From assembly GCA_038205745.1 (NCBI GenBank), contig JBBRBM010000005.1, forward strand, positions 2,194 to 66,193: a stretch of DNA of 64,000 bases. Direction: 5' to 3'. The translations under genes were made by a program, and so were the position numbers. Below are positions 37,803 to 49,100 of the stretch, one piece after another; the first letter of the stretch is position 1; every line of letters starts with the position of its first letter. A model generated the notes under the pieces. The model did not search any database. It had not been told where the DNA came from and was given only the letters and a program-made list of their open reading frames with translations. Source of the stretch: Verrucomicrobiota bacterium (GTDB lineage Bacteria; Verrucomicrobiota; Verrucomicrobiia; Limisphaerales; SIBH01).

Positions 37803-38906
37803 TCAGTGCAGGGCGATCGGTTGACTGTCCGCCCCGGCAGACTGAAAGCAGGCGTGCATCACCTGCTGCGTCCTCAGCGACATCTCAGACCAGAGTTCAT
37901 TGAGCTTCCCGGAGAGGATTTGCTTCGTGAAATTCCGAATCATGTTCGTCTCTTGCGATGTTGGGTGGCTGTTGCTGTGCTCCGGAATCGAGATGCGTTT
38001 CCAGTGCGGCTCCATGTCGAAGTCGCAGCCACGAACTTTGTGGACAGCGTTATTCACTTCGAACGCAACTTCAGCGCCGAGAAACGGCGCGACAAAATCT
38101 GAGACGCGCAAAAAACCTTTGGTGCCGGTCACGGTGGCGCATTGTTCCAGCGCCGTGATGAACGAGCAGTAGAAAACCGACGAAACGCCGCCATCGAAGA
38201 ACAGTTCACCGGAGAATTCAGTGGGCACTGGCGCGGCACTGTCCGGCGCGGTGACCTGGCTGAGGAACCGGCCCGTGACGCGGCGTGGCAACTGCCACTG
38301 CATGGTCCACAGCGCGAACCGAATGCAGTACCAGCCGAGATCGCCAAGGCAGCCGTAGGGTTCCATGTCGCTCCGCGCACGAATGTTCTCGGTAAAAAAT
38401 TCCGGCGGCGCGCAGAAGCTGAAGCTCGTGTTGATGCGTTTGATCTCACCGACAGCGCCGCCATCAAGCGCTTCGCGGATGCGAGGCAGCCGCAGGCTGT
38501 GCATGAACATCACGCCGTCGAGAAACTGCACGCGGTTTTGGCGGCACGCGTCGAGCATTTCCCGCAAGTCCTCCACGTTGGTGGCACATGGTTTCTCGCA
38601 GAGAATGTGTTTCCCCGCCGCAGCAGCGCGCAGCACCCAGTCCTTGCGCAGCCCGGTTGGCAGCGGAATGTAGACGGCATCGACATCTTTCGCGGCGAGC
38701 AATTCCTCGTAGCTGCCGAGCGCGCGTGGCAATGAATCCATCGGCACCAGGGCCTGACATTCCGAAATGAATTCGCGAGCGCGCTGCACATCGCGGCTGG
38801 CGACGGCGACGACCGTGCTGTTGCCGGAGTTGTAAATCGCTTTCCAATTCTTCCGCGCGATGTGCGCCGTGCTGAGAATTCCCCAACGAAGTTTGTTCGC
38901 ACTCAT
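37803..38906 (-). CDS. Gfo/Idh/MocA family NAD(P)-dependent oxidoreductase
   Basis: LRWGILSTAHIARKN... Rossmann N-terminus, EKPCATN motif, and a typical length of 367 aa. Confidence 0.85.
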   Translation of the reverse strand: MSANKLRWGILSTAHIARKNWKAIYNSGNSTVVAVASRDVQRAREFISECQALVPMDSLPRALGSYEELLAAKDVDAVYIPLPTGLRKDWVLRAAAAGKHILCEKPCATNVEDLREMLDACRQNRVQFLDGVMFMHSLRLPRIREALDGGAVGEIKRINTSFSFCAPPEFFTENIRARSDMEPYGCLGDLGWYCIRFALWTMQWQLPRRVTGRFLSQVTAPDSAAPVPTEFSGELFFDGGVSSVFYCSFITALEQCATVTGTKGFLRVSDFVAPFLGAEVAFEVNNAVHKVRGCDFDMEPHWKRISIPEHSNSHPTSQETNMIRNFTKQILSGKLNELWSEMSLRTQQVMHACFQSAGADSQPIALH

Positions 38907-39916
38907 GCGCCACCCCCTGGAAGGGAGACCCGCAACGCCGCCGACGAGTAAACGGCTTTATCCACGACACAGCGCGGCTTGCGGCCGCTCATCAATTCAA
39001 TGATCGCGGCCGCCGCGGCGTCGCTGACCTGCCCACCCGTCTCGTAGCTGCACGATGCCTGGTGCGGCGTGATCAGGACGTTTGGCGCGGTTCGCAACGG
39101 ATGATCTTTCGGCAGCGGCTCCGTCACGTAGGCGTCGAGTGCTGCGCCGGCGATCCACTTTTCCGTCACTGCGCGAACAAGCGCCGTTTCATCGATCAAT
39201 GCGCCGCGGGCTGTGTTTATCAGGTATGAACTCGGCTTCATGCGGCGCAGTTGAGCTTCGCCGAGCAAGCCGCGATTTTGTGGCGTGAGCGCGGCGTGCA
39301 GTGAAAGAAAATCACTTTGCGCCACCAGCTCGTCGAGAGAAACGAACTCGATCCCAAGTTTCTGCGCGTCAGGGTGCGGCGCAATGTCGTAGCCGAGCAA
39401 CCGCATTCCGAATCCAGCGGCACGCCGTGCCATCGCCTGGCCGATACGTCCGCAGCCGAGAATGCCGAGCGTTTTGCCGTGAATGTTGTGACCCCACGTC
39501 AGCCTCCACTCGCCGCGTCGCATGATCTCGTGTCCTTCATGCACCCGCCGCGCAACTCCACACAGCAGCGAGAAGGCGTAATCCGCCACCGTCTCGTTCA
39601 ACATGCCGGGACAATACGCGACCAGGATTCCGTTGCGTGTGGCGGCAGGAATATCGATCGCGTCGTATCCGACACCCCAGCGGGAAATCAGTTTGAGCTG
39701 TTTCGCTTGCGGCGAACTCAGCACAGCGTCCGTGAACTTGTCCATGCTCGCGAGCACCGCATCTACGTTCGGCAACACTTGCAGCAATTCGGTTTCCGAG
39801 AGCGGCCCGTGCCGGGGCGGGAAGATGACATTCGCGCCGCTATCGCGCAGGTGCTGCAATGCACTCACGCCGGTTTCATTCATCGTGCGCGCTGTGATGA
39901 GAACGTTCCAGGACAT
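38903..39916 (-). CDS. D-isomer-specific 2-hydroxyacid dehydrogenase (phosphoglycerate dehydrogenase-like)
   Basis: Trimmed to MSWNVLITAR. GILGCGRIGQAMARRA (NAD-binding GxGxxG), LINTARGALIDE and ITPHQAS (catalytic His). 4-bp overlap with the downstream oxidoreductase. Confidence 0.85.
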   Translation of the reverse strand: MSWNVLITARTMNETGVSALQHLRDSGANVIFPPRHGPLSETELLQVLPNVDAVLASMDKFTDAVLSSPQAKQLKLISRWGVGYDAIDIPAATRNGILVAYCPGMLNETVADYAFSLLCGVARRVHEGHEIMRRGEWRLTWGHNIHGKTLGILGCGRIGQAMARRAAGFGMRLLGYDIAPHPDAQKLGIEFVSLDELVAQSDFLSLHAALTPQNRGLLGEAQLRRMKPSSYLINTARGALIDETALVRAVTEKWIAGAALDAYVTEPLPKDHPLRTAPNVLITPHQASCSYETGGQVSDAAAAAIIELMSGRKPRCVVDKAVYSSAALRVSLPGGGA

Positions 39917-40147
39917 GGCGGCGCAGTGTAAACACGGCTGATCGTGGTTCAAGCTCTGGCGCGAGGGAGCAATTGGCACCCACCCGCCTCAAGGAAGATG
40001 ACACAAAGACAGCGGGCCAATGGGGGCATCGCCACGTCGTGCCCGGCCTAACTAGAACCAACTCTCGGCGCTCACGCGCGGTGTTGAATTGATATCGAGA
40101 TCACACGCAGAATCCGATCGTTGGGCCGTGGGAAGCTCTTGAGCCGG

Positions 40148-43100
40148 CTAGAATTCCAATACGCGATAGAAACGGGTGCGTGCGGTGAGTCCATCTTCGA
40201 TGGTCGCAGTGTAGATGTCTGACTGCAGCGTTCCATCAATGGTCCTCCAGGTGGAGAGCACTTCGGAATCGAGCGTCGTCCACTCAGGATCGGAGAGGTC
40301 GTCTTTGTATTCGACCTTGTAAGCACGCCGCGTGAAGCCGTCCCACCTCAGTTGGACCACCTCTCCGTTGACTCGGATGATCGGTGCGATGGTGCCGCGC
40401 GGTTCCATTGGCGCGGGAGTCGGCGCGCCCTCGGCCGTGAATGAAAGCTGATCGACCCATGCGCGATCGTCGCCCGCCACGCCGGAGGTGTTCTTGAAGT
40501 AAGTCCATTCGAGAAACTGCGGGCCGGAACCAAGTGCGATGAAGCGTTGTTCCCAATCCACTTCGCCGGAGACAAATGCTTCGGGAATGTCGTTCACCGA
40601 GAAGACCAGCACGTCCGAGTTTGTCTCCGATGACACTTTCCACCAGAAGCTCAACATGCCGGGTCCGTTCAGCAGCGTTTGCATCGAACTGCTTTGGCTA
40701 TCGCTGACGATTCCGCTCCGTGCGGCATCCACGCCATCGTGAGAGATCACCGCGTGGCCCTCCCATAACGCGTTGCCGTCGGTCGTGAAGGGCAGGTCCG
40801 GCGCGTCCATCGATTCCTCAAGTGTGAGGAGGTGATTGATGGTCAATCGCGCGACCAGACTCGTGACCGAACCCGCGCTGTTGCTCACGACGACGGAATA
40901 GTTGCCCGCCTGAGGTCCGAGCACGTTGAAGAGAGTGAGGTCTGAAGTCGTCGCCCCGCCCACGTTGCCGCCGTCGATGACGACGTTCGTGCCATTGAGG
41001 AACCAGCGATAGTGGAGCGGCGCGGTGCCGCTTGCGACAATGCTGAAGTCCACCGTCTCGAACTCATCCACGATCTGGCTCACCGGTTGGAACAGGATTC
41101 TCGGCGGCTGTGGAGTGGCCGGAGTTGAACCGTTGGGCGTAAAGCTTACTTCATCAACCCAGGCGCGATCCTGGCCTGCGGCGATGGTTGAGTTCTTCGA
41201 ATAGCGCCACTGAATCTCGTGGGCGCCGGAAGGCACGTTGAACAGGATCGGTTGCCACTCGATTTCACCGGAGATGCGGACCTGATCATTCCCGTCCATC
41301 ATCAGGCGGAGAAAGTCGTGGTCTTGCTCGGAGGAAACCTGCCACCAGAAAGTGAGCACGCCCGGGCCGTTCACAGTTGTCTTGATCCACGTATAAGTGC
41401 TGTTGCCGATGGTGCCACTTGCGGCGGCGTCTTCGCCGTCGTGGAAGTCGCTGGCGTGGGTGGACCACGGATTGCCGGTGCCGCCAGTGGTAAACGTGAG
41501 CTGCGGCGCATCGAGCGCTTCGGCGAGCGACGGCCAGATCGTGAGCGAAGCGGTCAGACTTGTGACTGAACCCGCGCTGTTGCTCACCACCACGGAGTAA
41601 GAGCCCGCATGGGAAACCTGAGCGTTCGTAATGAACAATGTGGGGTTCGTCGCACCGCCGATGGGCTGGCCGTTAAACAACCAACGATATCCAAAAGGTG
41701 TCGTGCCCGCGGCGCTCACGGAGAACCCTGCGGTCTCGCCCGCGTCAATGGCGACCGAGGCGGGATGGCCACCGATCGTCGGCGCGACAACTCCGAAGCG
41801 CACCTCATCCACCCACGCGCGATCCTGCCCGACGGCCGTGCTGCCGTTCTTGGTGTAACGCCATTCGATGACTTGAGTGCCGATGCCAATGTTCATCGAA
41901 ACGAGACGCCAGTCCGTTTCACCGGAGATGCGCGCCCGTTCCGTACCGCCGATGAAGAGGAGCAGCACGTCATTGTTTGTTTCAGAGGAAACTTTCCACC
42001 AGAACGTCAAGGTGCCTGGTCCGGTCACCGTCGTTTGCATCGTCGAAGTCCCACTGTTGCCAATCGTACCGCTGCGCGCGGCGTCGAGACCATCGTGAGA
42101 GACGAGCCCGTGCCCGGTCCACGCGGTGTTCACCGTCGTCCAACTCAAGGCGTCGTTGTCGACTGCCTCGGCAAGAGGAAGCAGCGACAAGACTTTGAGG
42201 ACCGCGCTGGTGCTCGTCGTATTTCCGGCGCCTCCATTGATCACGACCCGATAGTTGCCAGCGTCCGCTGGTTGAGCCCCGGCGATGACCAGGTTCGATG
42301 AGCTCGCACCACTGATGCTTCCGCCGTTCACGATGTTCACACCCTCGTGCTGCCATTGATAGGTGAGAGGCGGAGCGCCAATGGCGGTAACGCGGAAGCT
42401 GGCCGTGCCGCCGACATCGATATTTTGGTTGGCAGGCTGCGCTGTGACTGCGGGCGCAAGGAGCCCGAACACGACTTCGTCAACCCAACCACGGTCGCGC
42501 CCTGCGCTGCCGGTCGCGTTCTTCGCGTAGGCCCAACGCAGCACCTGCGATCCTGACCCAATGCTGAAAGTCTGAACCTGCCAATCGACTTCCCCGGAGA
42601 TGCGCGCTTGTTCGACGTTGTTCACGGTGAACGTCAGCCGGTCGTTGTTTGTTTCCGACGACACCTTCCACCAGAAGCTCAGCGTGCCTGGACCAATTAC
42701 AACGGATTGCATCGCGTTCGATCCGTTGTTCGTGATGGCCCCGCTGCGCGCCGCATCAGTGTCGTCGTGCGACACGATCATCTGGCCGACCCATGGCGGT
42801 GAGCCGTTGGTGGTCCAAACCAGATTCGCGATGTCGAGTGCCGTGCTGAGCGGGATGAGTGAAGTCACCGTAAGCAAGGCGTTCGAGCTGACAGCAAACG
42901 TTTCGGGATTGCTGACGCAGAGCGAGTACATGGCGCTGTGCGTGAGTTGCGCGTTGGAGATCACAAGCGTCGTCGTACGCGCGCCGCTGATGCCTGCGCC
43001 GTCCCGGATATCAACTCCGTTCGATCTCCATTGATAATTGAACGGTGCATACCCGGTGGCCGCTGAACTGAAGGTGGCGCGTTCGCCTTGTTCTACAGCC

Positions 43101-46100
43101 AGGCTGACGGGTTGCAACGTGAAGCGCGGCACGGTGGGCGTAAACGAGAATTGATCCACCCAACCGCGATCCTGGCCCGCGACGCCGATGGCATCCTTGG
43201 AATATGTCCACCGCAGGACATGATCGCCTTCCGGCACGTTTGCGATGAGGGTCTGCTGCCATCCGGCTTCGCCGGAGAGTTGCCCAAAGTTGTTATTGTC
43301 CACGGAGAAAGTCAGAAAGTCGTGCGACAGCTCGGATGAAGTTCTCCACCAGAACGCAACGTTGCCCGGTCCGGTGACCGTGGCTTGCATCGATGCGGAT
43401 TTATTGTCACCGATCGCCGGGCTGCGCGCCGCGTCCACGCCATCGTGCGTCACATTCGTCTGGCCGATCCACGGCGGTGTGCCGGTGGCCCAGATGATGT
43501 TCGTCGTATCCAGCGCGGGCGCCAGCGGCAGAACGGGAGCGACGGTGATCTGCGCGTTCGAACTGATGACGATGCCTCCAATATTGCTGACCAGAAGCGA
43601 GTAAGCGCCGCTCTGCGTCAACTGCGCGGCCGTGATGCGCAATGTTGGCGTCGTGGCACCGCTGATGTTGCCGCCGTCGTTCATTGCCACGCCATTGTAG
43701 CGCCAGCGATACATGACCGGCGGAACCGCACGCACGCCCGCCGAGACAATTGTGATCGATCCCACGTCAACCAATTGCGATGGCGGCTGATTGGTAATCA
43801 GGGGCGGCGCGGGAGCGAACGCCACTTCGTCCACGAAAACTTGATCGGTGCCATTGGTGAGCAGTGCGTCCTTGGCGTACTCCCATTGCAACACCGAGGG
43901 ACCCTCGCCGAGCGTGAATGACTTCTGTTGCCACGCAACAGTTCCGGAGATTTGCGTTCGCACGATGTCATTGATCTTGAACTTCAGGAAGTCGGCGTTC
44001 AGTTGAGTGGAGGCGCGCCACCAGAAACTGACCGTGCCCGGACCAGTCAACGTGGTGCGCATCCACGATGTATGGCCGTCATCTGTGTAACCGGGCCGCG
44101 CGCATTGGGTGCCATCGTGACTGCCCGAAGTGGTGCCGATCCACCACGAATAACCTCCCGTTTCCCAAACCCACGCCGGTGTGTTCAATGCCGGAGCCAG
44201 CGGTAACGAAGGATTCACGCGCAGGTAAATCACTTCGCTCAGATGCGACCCGGCCTCGTTCGCCACTTCGCAGATGTAGAAGCCGGTCTTGTCCGGTTGC
44301 GCATTGGATAGGATCAGCTTGGGCGACGTAGTCGCACCCAGCACCGTGGCGCTTTCCGTCAGGTTGGACCCATTCTTGCGCCATTGATAGGTCAAGGGAA
44401 GCGTGCCGGATGCTTCGACGCGGAAGCGCGTGGTGGTCCCCTGTTCAACGATGTTCGTATTCGGCGCGGTGTTCGTTACTTCGGGAGAAATCGCCAGGAA
44501 CTCGAGACGATCGAGCCAGCCGCGATCACGGCCTGCGCTGCCGGATGCGTCCTTATTGTATTCCCAACGCAACAGTGCGCCGTTGGTGGAAATGGGGATC
44601 GAGCGCTGTTGCCATCCGACTTCGCCGGAGATTCTCGCCTGCTCGGCACCGTTGATCAGGAAGCGCAGGTAATCGTGGTTCGTTTCGCTGGACACCTTCC
44701 ACCAAAACGTCAGCGCGCACGAAACGGGCAGCGTCGTTTGCACCCAGTTCGATGCCCGGTTGGCGACCGGCGAGCTTTGCGCGGCGTCGAACTGGTCCTT
44801 TGTTTCCACTGTCTGACCGATCCAGGGAGAATAGCCGCCGGTGAACCACAGGAGATTCGTTCGATCGGTGTCGAGCGCGATGGGTAATGACACAGTCTTA
44901 AACACGCTGAGGAAAACCTGTGTGCTGATATCGAGACCGTAGGCGTTGCGTACCGTCACGTCGTACAAACCGCTCTGTTCGGAACGCACATTGAACAAGC
45001 GCAGCGTGGGTGAGTTTGCGCCCAGAGTGTTGATGTCGTCGCCGAGATTCTGTCCCTCGAACCGCCATTGGTAACTCACGGGCGCCGTTCCAAGCGCGTC
45101 CGTGGAGAACGTCACCGTGACGCCGGGATTCACACTCAGGCTCACAGGTTGCAGAACGAGCAGCGGAGGCGTCGGCGCGTTGTTCGGAATAAAATCCACT
45201 TCATCGAGCCAGCCGCGATCGAGTCCGCTCGTGACGATCGCATCTTTGTTGTAGCTCCACCGCAACGTCAGGTCGCCGGGTGGCAACGGGATCGACAATT
45301 TTTCCCAATCGACGATGCCGGAGATGCGCGCCTGTTCCACACCGTTGATCGAGAAAATCAGGAGGTCCGCATTCGTCTGCGAAGAAACCTTCCACCAGAA
45401 GCGAAGCGTGCCGGGCCCTGTGATGCGGGTTTGGATCCATGCGTTGCTGCCGTTTGCCACCGCGCCGCTTTGAGCGGCAGCTTCGCCGTCGTGGGTCACA
45501 TTCGTCTGCACGATCCACGCGCCCGACGGCGATGTCGTCCATTCGAGATAGGGCGCGTTCACCGCGTCGCCGAGATTCAGCTTCGGCACCACGATCAGTT
45601 GTGCGTTCACGCTGAGGGTCGATCCGCCGGTGTTGCTGACTTCCACGGAGTACACACCCGACTGCTCAGGTTGCACGTTCGCGAGAGTCAACGCTGCGGT
45701 CGCCGTGCCGCTCACGCCATCTCCGTCGATGAGATTCGTTCCATTGAGACGCCATCGAAACGTGAGGGGCGCGCCAGAAGCCGACACGGTGAATGTTACG
45801 TTCGTTCCTTCCAGAACCACCCGGCTGATCGGTTGACTGGTGATCACCGGAGGAGTGAGAACAGTCAATGTGGCGTTGGCGCTCGGCGCATTCCCCACGG
45901 CGTTGCTCACGACCACGGAATAGGGGCCGCCCCGCGCGACCTGAACATTGTTGATCTGCAACGTGGGCGAAGTGGCGCCGCTGATATCGCCGCCGTTGGC
46001 CAGGGCCACGCCATTGAAGCGCCATTGGAAACTCAGGGGTGCCGAACCAGCCGCCGTCGCGCTGAAGGTTGCCGTGCCGCCAAGAGCAATGGATCGATTC

Positions 46101-49100
46101 GTCGGCTGAGTAACAATCGTTGGCAGGGTGCTGATGACCAAGGTCGCCGGAGCGCTCGTGACACTGCCGGCGGCATTCGTGATCACGACGCTGTAGCTGC
46201 CGATGTTCGACGCGCCAACATTGGTGATGCGGAAGTTGGTCGAAGTGACGCCGCTGAGATTTCCGGCGCTAACCAGATTTGTTTCGTTCAACTGCCACTG
46301 ATACGCGAGCGGCGCGGTGCCGATGGCTGAGAGGATAAAGTTCGCAGTGCCTCCAGCGAGCAGGTTCTGGCTCGCAGGCGGGCTCGTGATCACAGGCGCA
46401 GTGATGACGCTCAAGTTCGCCACGCTGCTGGTCACACTGCCGGCAGAGTTCGCCGCCACAACTGCATACGTTCCTTCCGACGCCCCACTGGCGTTGGTGA
46501 TAATAATGTTCGTGGCCGTGACGCCGTTGATGCCGACACCGTTCGCGAGCGGCGCACCGTTAAACAACCACTGATACGTCAGTGGTGCAGAGCCGACCGC
46601 GATCGCGCTGAAGCTGACACTTGCCGGAGCGACGACAGTTCTATTGACCGGTTGAATCGCGAATACCGGCGAAGTCGGCGTGTTCGTGGCGACGAATATG
46701 ATTTCATCCACCCAGCCGCGATCCTGTCCGCCGGAGACGCTGTTATTTTTCGTGTAGCGCCACTCGATGATTTGATTGCCGGCGCCGATCGGCAACAGGC
46801 GCCATGTCCAATCGACTTCACCGAAGGTGCTTGCCTGTTCAGTGCCATTGATGACGAGACGCAGACGATCATTCGTCTCTGACGACACCTTCCACCAGAA
46901 GCTCAGCGTGCCCGGGCCGACGACAGTGGTTTGAAACGAGTTCGTCTGGCTGTTGCCGATGCGTCCGCTGCGCGCGGCGTCGGTGCCGTCATGGCTGACA
47001 CCGGTCTGGCCCACCCACGGCGGATTTCCGTTGGTCGTCCACGTGAGCGACGGAGCGTCGAGCGCTTCGGCGAGCGGCACGAGTTCGGTCACTTGCAGCA
47101 GAGCGTTCGAGCTAAACACGCCGCCAGCGGGATTGCTGACGAGCACGGCGTACGTTCCGCTTTGCGCAGCCGAAACATTGGACACCGTCAGCGTCGCGCC
47201 TGCGGCACCTGGAATATCGACGCCATTCCGCTGCCATTGATAACGCAGCGCGGGTGCCCCGCTCGCGCTGGCGGCGAACATCGCAGTCGCTCCCGGATCA
47301 AGATTCTGATCGAGTGGCTGCGCAGTGATCACCACGGGAGCCGGCGCTACCTGCACCTGATCCACCCAGCCACGGTCCTGGCCGGATGAGATCGAACCGT
47401 TCTTCAAATAGGTCCAGCCCAACGTCTGCGTGCCGGCACCCAAACTGAACGTGCGTTGTTCCCAATCCACTTCGCCTGAGATGCGCATCTGTTCCGTGCT
47501 GTTCACAAAAAACAGAAGACGGTCGTTGCTCGGCTCGGAAGAAACTTTCCACCAGAACGTCAGTGTGCCCGGCCCGCTCACGGTGGTTTCGAACGAGGCC
47601 GTTTGATTGTGCGTGATCGACCCGCTGCGCGCGGCATCCACGCCGTCATGGATCAACAACGCCTGCCCGAACCACGGTGCGTTCCCTGACGTGGTCCACG
47701 TGAGATTTGTGGCCTCCAGCGCGTCACCCAGCAAAACGGCGGGTATCACGTTCAACGACGCAGGCGCGCTCGCCACGCTGCCGCCAATGTTCCCAACGAT
47801 GACCGAATACAACCCCGCCTGAGCCGGCAACACGTTGGACAAAGTCAGCGTGGCCGTGTGCGTGCCGCGAATGAGAGTGCCGTCGGAAAGTGCAATGCCG
47901 TTCAGCAACCATTGATACGAGAACGGTCCCTGGCCAGTCGCTCCGATGGCGAACGTCGCGATTCCGCCTTCGTCCGCATTCTGGTTTGCGGGCTGACTGG
48001 TGATCGCCGGCGGCGTGGGCACATAAACAATTTCATCCACCCAGCCACGATCTAATCCCCCCGTGATGCTGGAGTTTTTGGAATAGCGCCAACGGAAATT
48101 GTGACTGCCGGCCGAGAGATTGAGCGAACGCCATTCCCAATCCACTTCGCCTGAGATGCGGAATTGTTCGTTGCCGTCCAGATACAGGCGCAGGCGATCG
48201 CTCCCCGGTTCCGACGACACTTTCCACCAGAAGCTCAGCGTGCCTGGCCCGACAAATGTGCTTTCGAAGTAAGCCTCGCCACCGTCGGCCACCGGCGCGT
48301 TCTCTCCCGCGTCGAAACCATCGTGAGTCACATTGGTCTGGCAGCGCCATGCGTTCGCGCTGCTGAACTGCCAGTTGAAATCCGCTTCGAGTGATTCAGC
48401 GAGAGAACAGAGCCCGAGCACATCGGCTGAGGCGTCAGCAAAGCTCGTGGGCAAAGCGCGACCGAGCACGTCCACCAAGCGTCGTGCCACGGGCGCATCG
48501 CAGAACGAAACGGGAGTGCTGGCGCGCCCATTGATGACGAGCGCACTCAAACAAACCTGCACGGTTGCCGGCACCGTCGAGGTCAACGTGGTCCCCGGCG
48601 GCAAAGCGATGGTGAATCCGATTCGGCCGCGTGGAGCATCGCTCGTGTTCACGTTCAACGTGGCGTTGGCCCATGTGCCTGCCTGTAGTTTGGCGCTGCG
48701 ATACCTCAGCAGGTTCGTGTCGATACAGATGCTGAAAGCGAGAGTGTTTTCGCCGCCGTGGGGCAGCATCGAAATCGAGAGGCAATTCGTCTGCCCGCCC
48801 GGTATGGCGAGATTCCCGGCTGTTATCGTGCGGACGGCGCTCGCTTGTGAGATCGAGAAATCCTGTTCGCCGATCACGAGCGTAGTGTTTCGAGTGCCAC
48901 CAGTGTTCGGCGCCACGAAGTAAATGACGTTCCCCGATCCTTCGCCCGTTGCCCCGGAAATGATGGTGATCCACGACGGAACACTCGCGACAGTCCAGGG
49001 ACAGCCTGATTCCGTTGAGACAAGTAATTCAGCCACACCACCATCTTCTCCGAAAGCTGCCTCCTCGGCACCGATGGTAAAGAGGCATGGTTTGCCGGAT

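Noticed and set aside
40436-48412. Regular ~675-bp periodicity considered as a possible CRISPR-like or satellite array
   Set aside because: The period is far too long for CRISPR. The whole region is one uninterrupted reading frame encoding repeated protein modules.
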